Assembly: GCA_965223005.1 (NCBI GenBank)
Contig: CBDCVK010000010.1
Coordinates: 416,001-480,000, forward strand
Direction of reading: 5' to 3'
DNA length: 64,000 nt
DNA from: Terriglobia bacterium
Lineage (GTDB): Bacteria > Acidobacteriota > Terriglobia > JAJPHL01 > JAPKYU01
A program made the position numbers and the translations under genes. Below the pieces are notes generated by a model. It saw nothing but the letters and a program-made list of their open reading frames with translations. It did no database searches and was not told the origin of the DNA. Of the stretch, positions 1-9,683 are shown in pieces (positions within the stretch are counted from its first letter, which is position 1; each line of letters begins with the position of its first letter).

Positions 1-11
1 TTCGCCTTCAT
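1..11 (-). CDS. 5' end of a gene running off the window (downstream of gpgS-gpgP)
   Basis: ATG at 11..9 preceded by a GGAGG Shine-Dalgarno (20..16) on the minus strand; only 3 codons visible. Confidence 0.45.
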
Positions 12-247
12 GGCTCCTCCAGAGATGCCCAGTTGCCCAGGACAGGCTTCGAGGCGCTGGTATCGCCGGGAGAATACCTCAAAACGAGTTGCCGGTGACG
101 GCTCGTTTCACGGTTAGCTATTCCCTTTTTTCCACCATCAGATGAGGCTCTGGCCGGCTTGCCCGGGGCCTGAGAGCAGAGAATGGGAACGGCAGCAAGA
201 CCCGACTGAGCGCGCCAATGCTTTACTGGGGCTTCCCAGGGAGCCGG

Positions 248-1159
248 CTAAGCGACCTCTTCTGATGATGAGCAGTCTGGCGGCTGTGCCGCGGGGGGGG
301 GGCATCTGGCCAGCACGAGGTGCCGCTTGACCACTTCCAGGATGGCGTCGTTCCAGCCCTGGGGACCGGGAACATCGGTGAGGCGCGCTGTGGGGACCTT
401 GCGAAGCAACCGGGCAGCAGCGTCGCTAGCGGGGTTCTGTACCACAACGGGAATCTCAGCCTCCTGAAGAAGGGAGAGGTCATTGAGGCTGTCGCCCAGC
501 CCCACGGCGACAACCTTGCCCCAGGCCCGTTCGTAGAGCGACTTTAAGGTGCGAACGCCGAGGCCCTTGTCGGTGACGCCTGTCAGGTGGTTATAGCGCC
601 CTCCCCGGGTACAGCGCAGGCCGGCGCGGTGCAGGGCCTTGAACAGCCGGCTGCGGGCTGGCAGGCCGGAGTCCAGGATGCGGAACGGCTCGTCATATTC
701 GCGCAGCTTGGCCAGCCGAGCTACCATCAGGGAAAGCTTGCATTCCTTGGCTACTTCTTCAATCGTCATATCGCTGAAGCCCACTACCGGGATGTCCAAT
801 TCGTTGGCAACCCGGTGCAGGGTTTCCACCAGTCGGTAGTAGGGCAGGCCGAATTCCAGCACGTCATACCCAGCGATGGAACGCCCGTCGCTAATTGGGA
901 AAGGAAAGTACCTCCTAGGCAAAAAGAGCGCCCCACCGTTCTCGCTGAGAAAGGGATGGGCGACCTCCAAGTCTTGTTGCAGCATTTCAATCTCAGCGCG
1001 GGTCTTGCTGGAACATAACACCAGGGGAATCCCTTCCGTAGCCAGTAAGGCCAGCGCTTCGGCGGCGGGGGTAAAGGAGTACGACTCGTGGTCCAGCAAG
1101 GTGCCGTCCAGATCGGTGAAGACCACCAGGCGCTTCGCATTGTTCATCGGCGAGTTCAT
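248..1159 (-). CDS. gpgP: HAD-IIB mannosyl/glucosyl-3-phosphoglycerate phosphatase
   Basis: VFTDLDGTLLD motif I, CSSKT, ENGG, REYDEPF, LGDSLND motif; 4-nt overlap with the upstream synthase. Confidence 0.9.
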   Translation of the reverse strand: MNSPMNNAKRLVVFTDLDGTLLDHESYSFTPAAEALALLATEGIPLVLCSSKTRAEIEMLQQDLEVAHPFLSENGGALFLPRRYFPFPISDGRSIAGYDVLEFGLPYYRLVETLHRVANELDIPVVGFSDMTIEEVAKECKLSLMVARLAKLREYDEPFRILDSGLPARSRLFKALHRAGLRCTRGGRYNHLTGVTDKGLGVRTLKSLYERAWGKVVAVGLGDSLNDLSLLQEAEIPVVVQNPASDAAARLLRKVPTARLTDVPGPQGWNDAILEVVKRHLVLARCPPPAAQPPDCSSSEEVA

Positions 1160-2394
1160 CGGGTGGTGCCTCCCGCGTAGGTGGCAATTGCACTGTCCTG
1201 CTCCACCGCCTCGTGTAGCATGTCAAGGAAGTCCGGGATCGCTGACGTGATCCGATTCCAGTTGGGGATGAGGGGCACGCCGGTGGGGTCTTCCAGGTAT
1301 TGCTGGCCAGCGATCCTTAAGCCCCGGGAAAAGGTGGCCACGGCGCTCTCTTCCTCGTGCCGGTCGAACGAGAGGCTATTGATTGCCGCGTCAGCATAGT
1401 AGCGGGTTATGGTGTCCTGGGCGGTGCGGATGTAATGAACCTGGAGAGTGCGGAAGCCTCCTTCACTGAAGAGCACGCCTTCGGCGGCCAGGGTGCGGAG
1501 CAGAATCTTTCCGATGTCAATGGACATCCTCAACAAACCCTGTTGGGGGTCTTCGGCTGAGAGGCTTTGGTGTTTGTGGTCATAGTTTTCGCACAGTTCG
1601 GTCTGGCAGATGCGTTTGAGCGCACAGTTCCGATAGACTTCGGCCAGGACTCCAACTTCCAATCCCCAATCGCCGGGGATGCGGTTGACGCGTGCCAGAT
1701 CGGTCTTCATGGCAAATTCGCCGGCCAACGGGTAGCGAAAGCTGTCCAGGTATGCCAGGAAGGGGAGACGTCCGAAGATGGCTTGCAGAGAGCGGACCAG
1801 GGGAGTCACATACAGCCGGGTGACCCGGCCGTGCATCTTGGTGCTAACGCGCGAGTAGAAGCCCTTGCAAAATTCAAAGTCCAGGTTGGGGTTGGCCACC
1901 GGGTAGCACAGCCGGGCCAACAGCTCTCGGCTGTAGGTGGTAATGTCACAGTCGTGCAGGGCAATGACCTCGCCTGGACGATCGCTCAGCACGTACCCAT
2001 AGGCCATCCAGCAGGAGCGGCCTTTGCCATCTTCCCCCACTGGCAGTTCATGATCCCGCAATAATTGGTAAAGGGCCTGCAGGCGCGGCCCGTCGTTCCA
2101 AACGAACTTCACCGTTTGGGAAAAGCCGGCGAAGAACTGCTTGGCCTGCGCTAGCTCTTCAGCGGCGGTTCTGCCCAGTGTGACCACGATCTGGTCCAGG
2201 TAACGGACCGTCCGGAGTTCTTCAAGAATCTTCCCCATGGCCGGGCCGGAGAACTCCGAGAACAGGCAGGGCAGGACCAACGAAATCCGGTGACGCCGGC
2301 CGAAACGCTCCAGCTCGCTTTCCATTCTTTCCAGGTTTCCTGGACCTAGTCGGTGCAGTGTGGCGACGACGCCGGTCTGATAGAAATCAGCCAT
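1156..2394 (-). CDS. gpgS: glucosyl-3-phosphoglycerate synthase
   Basis: MADFYQTGVVATLH start with AAGGAG RBS; GKGRSCW, HDCD, HGRVTRL, FRYPLAGEF, DWGLE, YDHKHQ motifs typical of this family. Confidence 0.88.
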   Translation of the reverse strand: MADFYQTGVVATLHRLGPGNLERMESELERFGRRHRISLVLPCLFSEFSGPAMGKILEELRTVRYLDQIVVTLGRTAAEELAQAKQFFAGFSQTVKFVWNDGPRLQALYQLLRDHELPVGEDGKGRSCWMAYGYVLSDRPGEVIALHDCDITTYSRELLARLCYPVANPNLDFEFCKGFYSRVSTKMHGRVTRLYVTPLVRSLQAIFGRLPFLAYLDSFRYPLAGEFAMKTDLARVNRIPGDWGLEVGVLAEVYRNCALKRICQTELCENYDHKHQSLSAEDPQQGLLRMSIDIGKILLRTLAAEGVLFSEGGFRTLQVHYIRTAQDTITRYYADAAINSLSFDRHEEESAVATFSRGLRIAGQQYLEDPTGVPLIPNWNRITSAIPDFLDMLHEAVEQDSAIATYAGGTTR

Positions 2395-2599
2395 GACAGG
2401 CTCCTTGTTGCTCCAGCTGCTTACTCCCACCAGTCTAAGAAAGCTGAAGATTGGGGGGTATCGGGTCCGGACAGTATTTGACCGCCAAAAAGTATGTATA
2501 TGTATGTAAACGTGTCGGTAGCCTTCGCGGCCAGCTCCTCCCCGAGCCCGGTGCAGGAGACCTTTTGACCAGAGCCAGCGTCGGCGCTAAGATAGCGAC

Positions 2600-4109
2600 A
2601 TGCGACGGCTTCCCGGTGAGGGTCTGGCAGGCAGGACCGGCAGGTGGCTGCGCGACCGTCGTGCCTTTCTCAGGCACACTCTTGAGCGGCTGACCATCCG
2701 GGCAGCGCTGTTCCTGGGCTTCGGGTTGATCTTCGGCCTTTGGCTGATCTCCGGTTTCGACTTGGTGCGGCGCCTCGCGGAAGTCGAAAGCCGGGCATCC
2801 GCGATCAACGCGCGCTTTACCAAGAGCGAGGAGTTGCTGTTCACGGTGCGGGTCCAGGTGCTGCTGGGAGCCGTCTATGTGCGCGACGCTCTGCTGGATA
2901 TTGGTTTTGAGGAAGCGAATTACTATCGGTTCCTCCGAACGGTTGCAGGCAACCCGCACAGAGATCGATCAGGCGCTTCAAGAATATGTGCCGGTGATGG
3001 AATTGCCGGTCGAGCGAGAAAACTGGGCCGTACTGCAGAGCGAGATCGAGGACTATTGGAATGTGGTCTTGCCGGTACTCTCCTGGGATCCGACGCGCAA
3101 ATTCTTCGAAGCTCGCACCTTCCTGCGTCGTGAGGTGATTCCCAAGCGCGACATCATCATCAGCATTTCCGCGCGCATTCGGGCTTTAAATCGTGATGCC
3201 TTACAGCGACAACAGCAGGAACTGGCCCTCGTCTACCGCGAAATCCAGCACAAGATGTGGTGGACGAGCGGCCTGGCACTGCTGCTGGGCCTGGGCATTG
3301 CCTTCCTGGTGACTCACTACGCGGGGAGGCTGGAGAGCCGGATTCTTCAGCAGCATCTGCAGGACATCGAGAACAAGCGGGAGTTGCAACGGCTTTCCGC
3401 CCAACTGGTGCGCGCCCAGGAGGAGGAGCGGCGGAACATCGCCCGCGAGTTGCACGATGAAATCGGCCAGGCGCTGACCGCCATCAAGATGGAGTTGGCG
3501 CTGGCGGGGCGGCATTTGGACGTGCCCGGCAAGGCCCGGATGCCGCTGGAGGAGGCGCGGGCGATTGCCGACCGGGCGTTGCAGTCGGTGCGGGATCTCT
3601 CCCAGCTGTTGCATCCCAACATGCTGGACGACCTGGGCTTGCCCGACACTCTAAATTGGTATCTGCGCGGCTTCTCCAAGCGGACTGGCATCCGGGGGGA
3701 GCTCATCCACCAGAGGATGGAGGAAAGGCTGGCGCCGGAAGTCGAGGTGTGCGGGTATCGCATCGTACAGGAAGCGCTGACCAACGTGGCCCGACATGCG
3801 CAGGCCTCGCTTTGCCGCCTCTACCTGCAACGACTGCCCTACACGCTGCTGATCACGGTCGAAGACAACGGAAGGGGTTTTGATCCGCGGCGGTTGGAGA
3901 CGGCCAATCCGCGGCGCGGCTTGGGCCTGGTGGGAATTCGTGAGCGGGCCTCCGGATTGGGAGGAACCTTTCGCCTGGAGAGCAGTCCCGGCAGAGGCAC
4001 GCGCCTGTCGGTGGAGCTGCCGGTGCTGCCTGCCGCCGTTTCCAAGGAGGAGCCCGCAGCGGCCGAGGTGCCCACCCATAGCAAAGCAGTGCTTGCGGAT
4101 ACAGACTAG
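2600..4109 (+). pseudogene. NarX/UhpB-type (HisKA_3) membrane sensor histidine kinase, frameshifted near 2930-2936
   Basis: TM1 is in ORF 2600..3133; TM2, EERRNIARELHDEIGQ, QEALTNVARHA, EDNGRGF and GLGLVGIRER are in ORF 2877..4109; frames join at YYR/ERLQ. Confidence 0.8.
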
Positions 4110-4760
4110 ATGGCCAAACTTGGCATTTTGCTAGCCGACGACCACACCCTGATGCGCCAGGGCCTGCGGAAAATCCTGGAAGAGCGGCCTGACTGGGAGG
4201 TGGTGGGTGAAGCTGGCGACGGACGCGAAGCCGTTCGTCTGGCGCTGGAACACAGGCCCCATGTGGCCGTTCTGGACATTGCCATGCCCTTGCTGAACGG
4301 CATCGAAGCCACTGGCCAGATCACCCGCCGGGCACCCGAAGTGCGGGTGCTGATCCTGAGCATGTACTCGGACGAGGCTTACATCCTGCAAGTCTTGCAG
4401 GCGGGCGCCAAAGGCTACCTGCTGAAGGATTCCGCCGATGCCGACTTGATTCGGGCAGTGGCTGCCGTTGGGCAAGGCAAGTCGTTCTTCAGCCCGGCGG
4501 TGGCCAAGGTGATGCTGGACGATTATGTGCGCCATCTGGCCGAGCGGGGAATCACCGATCGCTACGATTCCCTGTCGGAACGGGAGCGGGAAATCTTTCA
4601 ACTGATTGCTGAGGGCCACAGCAACAAGGAGATGGCCGACCTGCTCTCGCTGAGTGTCAGCACCGTGGAAACCCACCGCGCCCACATCATGGAAAAGCTG
4701 GATGTGCACAGCACGGCGGAAATTGTTCTCTACGCGGTCCGCAAGGGCGTGATTTCCTAG
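4110..4760 (+). CDS. NarL/FixJ-family response regulator (REC + LuxR HTH)
   Basis: LLADDH, VLDIAMP, GYLLKD, LSEREREI...TVETHRAHIMEKL. Confidence 0.95.
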   Translation: MAKLGILLADDHTLMRQGLRKILEERPDWEVVGEAGDGREAVRLALEHRPHVAVLDIAMPLLNGIEATGQITRRAPEVRVLILSMYSDEAYILQVLQAGAKGYLLKDSADADLIRAVAAVGQGKSFFSPAVAKVMLDDYVRHLAERGITDRYDSLSEREREIFQLIAEGHSNKEMADLLSLSVSTVETHRAHIMEKLDVHSTAEIVLYAVRKGVIS

Positions 4761-5023
4761 CCGGCTGCAGAGGCGCGCTGGCCTTCGCGTTTCCTCAGGG
4801 TCGCGGTCCGGCGAAGTTGTTGCAGCGGCCGCGTTCCCCATGTCAAGAAGTGGTTCCTCCGAGCAATTCAGTAACCTGCTGGACTTCTGCGCAGAAAGGA
4901 CACAAAGTCGCACGCCGGCCGGAAAATGCTAGCCCGAGACGCAGTTTCCAGTAGGAAGATCACCTCTGGTGCCAGCCCTCGTGCGAGCACATTCGGCTCT
5001 GATGTCTGGGGAAACGGGAAGCA

Positions 5024-7075
5024 ATGCCTGAACTGAATTTCCTGCAGGATCTGCTGATTCTGTTCGGCCTCAGTATCGCGGTGGTGGTTGCGTTCCATCG
5101 CGCCAATCTGCCGCCGGTTGTGGGTTTCTTGATCACTGGGGTGGTCTGCGGGCCGTATGGGTTTGGATTGATCGACGGGGTCCACGAAGTTGAATTCCTT
5201 GCCGAGATTGGAGTTGTTCTCCTGCTGTTTACCGTGGGGATTGAGGTCTCCATCGAGAAACTGGTGCGTCTGCGGACCTTCCTGCTAGTGGGGGGTGGGC
5301 TTCAGGTGGCGCTGACACTGGCCGCCATCCTCGCACTGGCGCGCCTGTGGGGAATGAGCCTGGCGCTGGCCACCTATCTAGGCATGTTGGTTTCTCTGAG
5401 CAGCACGGTGATCGTGATGCGCCTGCTGGCCGACCGCGGGGAGCTGGACAGCCCTCACGGTCGAACGTCTCTGGGCATCCTCATTTTTCAAGACCTTTGC
5501 ATCGTCCCCATGCTCCTGCTGGCCCCTTTCTTGGCGGGACCGGGAGTAGAGGTGGCTGCCGTAGTCCTCGTTGCTGCCAAGGCGCTCGTGTTCGTGATCG
5601 CGGCTGTAGTCGGCGCCCGTTATCTGGTTCCCTGGTTGCTCCACAAGGTGGTCGAGACCCGAAAGCGCGAGGTCTTCCTTCTGACGATCATGCTGCTGTG
5701 CCTGGGTGCGGCCTGGGCGGCGGCCCAGGTTGGTATGTCACTGGCGTTGGGGGCCTTTATTGCTGGGCTGATCATCTCCGAATCGGAGTACAGCCACCAG
5801 GCGCTGGGCGAGGTGCTTCCCTTCCGAGAGGTGTTCAACAGCCTGTTCTTCATCTCCATTGGGATGCTATTTGACGTGCGCACCCTGCTCTTGTCCCCCG
5901 TGGCGGTCCTGGGAAGTGTGCTGGCGATTCTTGTGATAAAGGCCGGCGTGGCCGCCAGTGTGACGTTCGCTTTGGGCTTCTCCATGCGAGTGGCTGTGCT
6001 CACCGGCTTAGGGCTGGCACAAATCGGCGAGTTCTCGTTTGTGTTGTCCAAGGTGGGTCTGCAGGCGGGGCTGCTGGATGACCGCCTGAACCAGTTGTTC
6101 CTGGCTGTGGCGGTTGGCACGATGGCGCTGACCCCGGCGCTGGGCGCTGCCGCCCGCCGGCTGGCCGGCTGGCTGGACCCCCGCGTTCCCGGTCGTTGGG
6201 CGAGAGGCAGGGAGCTGCCGTTGGACGACGCGGACAAAGTGCGGCGGCTCGAAGATCACGTCGTCGTAATCGGCTACGGACTGAATGGGCGCAACTTGGC
6301 CCGTGTGCTGGAGCACGTTGGGATCCCGTTCGTCGTGCTGGAAATGAACCCGGCCGTCGCCAGGGCCGCTCGCGAGAAGCGTGTCCCGGTTGTCTACGGG
6401 GATGCGACGCACGCCGATCTTCTGCGCCATGTCGGCATTGAGAAGGCTCGGGTGGTAGTGGTCGCCATTTCCGATGCGGCGGCCAGTCGGCGCACTGCGG
6501 ACATCGCTCGCCGTCTAAATCCGGCAGCCTACATCATCGTGCGAAGCCGGTACTTGCAGGAAATGGAGCCGCTGGTGGCGGTCGGCGCCCACGAGGTGGT
6601 CCCGGAGGAGTTTGAGACTTCGATCGAGATCTTCTCCCGAGTCCTTCACCGATATCTCGTTCCAAGGGACATCATCGAGCGGTGCGTCGGTGAGGTTCGC
6701 CGGGACGGGTACGAAATGTTCCGGACGCTCTACGCGGCTCACCGCCCGGCCGAAGGGATGCAGCGGTTTCTCCGCAATTTGGCAATGGAGGTCTACCGAG
6801 TCGACTCCGGCAGCCGGGTCGTCGGCAAGCGGCTGGCGGAATCCGGAATCCGACAGAACACCGGGGCCACGGTCTTAGCCATCCAGCGGAGCGATGGGAA
6901 CTTGGTAGTGAATCCGGCGTCTAGTGAGGTGATGGGGGAAGAAGATAGAGTTCTGCTGCTGGGCCGGCCCGAGCAACTAGCCGCGGCGGCCGCGTTCTTT
7001 GTGAAGGATTCCGGGGCCGTGGCGGCACAGCCACCTCCCGATGATCCCCGAGACCCTCGCCTCCACAATACCTAG
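5024..7075 (+). CDS. CPA2/Kef-family K+/H+ antiporter with TrkA-N and TrkA-C domains
   Basis: Many TM segments, LAEIGVVLLLFTVGIE, SLSST, LIFQD, QIGEFSFV; C-terminal VIGYGLNG Rossmann fold and RCK-C. Confidence 0.92.
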   Translation: MPELNFLQDLLILFGLSIAVVVAFHRANLPPVVGFLITGVVCGPYGFGLIDGVHEVEFLAEIGVVLLLFTVGIEVSIEKLVRLRTFLLVGGGLQVALTLAAILALARLWGMSLALATYLGMLVSLSSTVIVMRLLADRGELDSPHGRTSLGILIFQDLCIVPMLLLAPFLAGPGVEVAAVVLVAAKALVFVIAAVVGARYLVPWLLHKVVETRKREVFLLTIMLLCLGAAWAAAQVGMSLALGAFIAGLIISESEYSHQALGEVLPFREVFNSLFFISIGMLFDVRTLLLSPVAVLGSVLAILVIKAGVAASVTFALGFSMRVAVLTGLGLAQIGEFSFVLSKVGLQAGLLDDRLNQLFLAVAVGTMALTPALGAAARRLAGWLDPRVPGRWARGRELPLDDADKVRRLEDHVVVIGYGLNGRNLARVLEHVGIPFVVLEMNPAVARAAREKRVPVVYGDATHADLLRHVGIEKARVVVVAISDAAASRRTADIARRLNPAAYIIVRSRYLQEMEPLVAVGAHEVVPEEFETSIEIFSRVLHRYLVPRDIIERCVGEVRRDGYEMFRTLYAAHRPAEGMQRFLRNLAMEVYRVDSGSRVVGKRLAESGIRQNTGATVLAIQRSDGNLVVNPASSEVMGEEDRVLLLGRPEQLAAAAAFFVKDSGAVAAQPPPDDPRDPRLHNT

Positions 7076-7185
7076 TTGCTGCCATGGCATGACCCCCTCT
7101 GCTTGGGGTAGCGGAATCCCATCGGCAAAATACAACTTCCACCCGATACCCGCCTCCCTCCCTTCAGAAGTACAATAAACCATAT

Positions 7186-8709
7186 ATGCATACCGAGGAA
7201 ACCCTAAGGAACACCGTTCTAGAGCGATTGAACGGCGGCAAGTTCGTGGTGGTTTCCAACCGGGAGCCGTTTGTCCACCGCTGGGAGGATGGGCGGATCG
7301 TTTGCCTGCAGCCGGCTAGTGGAGTGACCCGGGCCTTGGATCCCGTCCTGCGTGCGGCTCGCGGACTGTGGGTGGCCCACGGCAGCGGGGATGGGGACCG
7401 CGAGGTGGTGGACTTTCGGGACTTGATCGCCGTTCCTCCCAAGCGACCCCGATACACCCTCAAGCGCGTCTGGTTAAGCCAGGAACAGGAAGACCTGTAC
7501 TATTACGGCTTCGCGAACCAAGCCTTGTGGCCCTTGTGCCACGTTGTCTACCAGCGGCCAGTTTTTGAAGAAGCGCACTGGAAAGCTTACCAGGAGGTCA
7601 ATGCCCGGTTTGCTGACGCGATCGCCGAGGAGATTGGGGGGGAGCGCGCCTTTGTCTTCATCCAGGACTATCATCTGGCCTTGCTCTCGCGCATGATCAA
7701 GGAGCGTTGCCCGGACGCCATCACCGCGCAGTTTTGGCACATTCCCTGGCCGAATCCGGAGGTTTTCCGCATCTGCCCCTGGCAGGAGCAGATCCTGGAG
7801 GGATTGCTGGGCAACGACATCCTGGGCTTTCATCTCCGCTACCACTGCATGAATTTTTTGGACACGGTAGCCAGAGTTCTGGAGGCCCGAGTGGACAGCG
7901 AGCTGCGGGCGGTGATTTACGGTGGTGCAACCACGAAAGTGCGTTCCTTTCCGATCAGCGTGGACTTTGAGGCCATCCAGGAGGCAGCCGAGACAGCCGA
8001 AGTGTGTGCGGAGATGGGTCGGTTGCGCCAGCGCTTCCAACTCAGGGGCCAATTCGTGGCACTCGGTGTCGATCGGCTGGACTATACGAAGGGAATCGCA
8101 GAGCGGTTTCGGGCGGTGGATCGGTTTCTGATGAAGTACCCTGAATACCGGGGTCGGTTCACCCTGATGCAGGCAGGCGTCCCCACCCGGTCTCGCATTC
8201 CTCAGTACCAGCAGGTGGAAGAAGAACTGGAGCGGCTGGCCGAGGAGATTAACCACAGGCACCAGAGAGAGAGTTGGCAGCCCATCGTGTTCGTCAAAGA
8301 TCATTTTGATCCGGTCAGCCTATACGCCCTGTACCGTCTGGCCGACCTGTGCATCGTCAGCTCGCTGCACGACGGGATGAACCTGGTGGCCAAGGAATTT
8401 GTCAGCGCCCGTTTCGACGAAGCCGGGGTGCTGCTATTGAGTCCTTTCACCGGCGCCTCGCGAGAACTGCGCGAGGCCGTGCTGGTCAATCCCTACGCTA
8501 CCGACGAGTTTGCCGAAGCCATCCGGGGGGCCCTGGAAATGGACCCTGAGGAGGCGCGCCTGCGCATGCGGCAACTGCGACAGACGGTGGCGCGGGAAAA
8601 CATTTACTGCTGGGCTACTCGCATCGTGGAAAAGCTCTCCGATCTATCTGAGGAACTGGGCCATGCTGAGCCCTTGGGGGCTTTGGCTGCGGATATCGCG
8701 AGAGCTTGA
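7186..8709 (+). CDS. otsA: trehalose-6-phosphate synthase (GT20)
   Basis: VVSNREP, YYGFAN..LWPLCH, IQDYHL, HIPWP, GVDRLDYTKG, DGMNLVAKEF. Confidence 0.93.
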   Translation: MHTEETLRNTVLERLNGGKFVVVSNREPFVHRWEDGRIVCLQPASGVTRALDPVLRAARGLWVAHGSGDGDREVVDFRDLIAVPPKRPRYTLKRVWLSQEQEDLYYYGFANQALWPLCHVVYQRPVFEEAHWKAYQEVNARFADAIAEEIGGERAFVFIQDYHLALLSRMIKERCPDAITAQFWHIPWPNPEVFRICPWQEQILEGLLGNDILGFHLRYHCMNFLDTVARVLEARVDSELRAVIYGGATTKVRSFPISVDFEAIQEAAETAEVCAEMGRLRQRFQLRGQFVALGVDRLDYTKGIAERFRAVDRFLMKYPEYRGRFTLMQAGVPTRSRIPQYQQVEEELERLAEEINHRHQRESWQPIVFVKDHFDPVSLYALYRLADLCIVSSLHDGMNLVAKEFVSARFDEAGVLLLSPFTGASRELREAVLVNPYATDEFAEAIRGALEMDPEEARLRMRQLRQTVARENIYCWATRIVEKLSDLSEELGHAEPLGALAADIARA

Positions 8710-8960
8710 ACAACCCCCCCGCTGCTGTTACTCTTCGATTTCGACGGAAGGCTGGCTCCTAGTATGGAGCGGCCCCTCTGTGCTATTTTATTTTGGCGAC
8801 GACGTGGGCGATGAGCCGGCTTTCGCCGTGGTCTCGCAAGGAGGCTCCGCGGTGCGGGTCGGCAAGAGGGTGCGTAGTTCTCGCGCGCCTTTCTACCTGA
8901 CCAGTCCGGCTGACCCGTCCGGAGAAGCTCTCCGACTTTCTTCAGCGCGCTTGGAGCTGC
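8663..8960 (+). pseudogene. otsB: trehalose-6-phosphate phosphatase remnant (frameshift plus large internal deletion)
   Basis: LLLLFDFDGRLAP..ERP (HAD motif I, from 8722) followed almost directly, in another frame, by LFYFGDDVGDEPAF..SAVRVG (C-terminal motif); 3' end approximate. Confidence 0.8.
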
Positions 8961-9002
8961 CTGGTACGGAAACGGCCGCACAGGGACAGCGCGATCAGAC
9001 AG

Positions 9003-9683
9003 GTGCGAGGGGAGCAGGAGGCGTGGGAAAAAGCTGTGGTTGACGCGTTTCGCTTCTACACGGAATCCAACCTAGCCCTGTACACCCCCCGGCGGGCCGA
9101 CAGTCTTCGCTCCCTGCTGGAATGCATTCGGAAAGTCAGCGGGGCTTCCATCTTCTACCACTTTTTCCACGCCCTGCGGCGGCGGCACTTCACCACCTTC
9201 GAATACAAGAATGACTTCGCCCGCTGGGTGGTCATGAATTTCCAGGAGCCGCGCCTGGCCGAGCGGCTGGCGGTCATTGACCCCTTAGAGTTCGGCAGCG
9301 TGCGGGCCACGCGCGAGCGGTTGATCCGCTACCTGGAGGAGGCCGTCGGGAGCAGCGAGTACTCGGTGCGGGTCCGCGACGGCGAAGAATTTCGGTTTCT
9401 TACCTTGAAAAGCTTTGTCTTCCCCACCGGCCTGGTAGCCCACGATCTCCGCGAACTGGCTGCCTGCATCGAGCGGTCCAGCTTGAGCTCGTTGTTCTTT
9501 CACTTCATCGAGACGCGCCTGCGAATGGGCCTTCCCAGCAACGACTATTCCCTGTGGTTGGAAACTGTCTTCGGAGAGGGGGAACTGGCCGCGCAAATTA
9601 ATCGGCTGAGCCCCTACTTTCATAGCCTCCCTGAAGTGCGGAGCCGGATCGTCGAACTCGTACGACAGAGGTGCGGGACATGA
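9003..9683 (+). CDS. DUF5752-like protein, treT-associated
   Basis: Two internal repeats (SIFYHF..NDFARWV and SLFFHF..NDYSLWL); ATGA overlap with treT; start codon uncertain. Confidence 0.8.
   Translation: MRGEQEAWEKAVVDAFRFYTESNLALYTPRRADSLRSLLECIRKVSGASIFYHFFHALRRRHFTTFEYKNDFARWVVMNFQEPRLAERLAVIDPLEFGSVRATRERLIRYLEEAVGSSEYSVRVRDGEEFRFLTLKSFVFPTGLVAHDLRELAACIERSSLSSLFFHFIETRLRMGLPSNDYSLWLETVFGEGELAAQINRLSPYFHSLPEVRSRIVELVRQRCGT

Noticed and set aside
293-302. G10 homopolymer in the 3' end of gpgP as a phase-variation switch
   Set aside because: It lies after the last catalytic motif; slippage would only change a short tail
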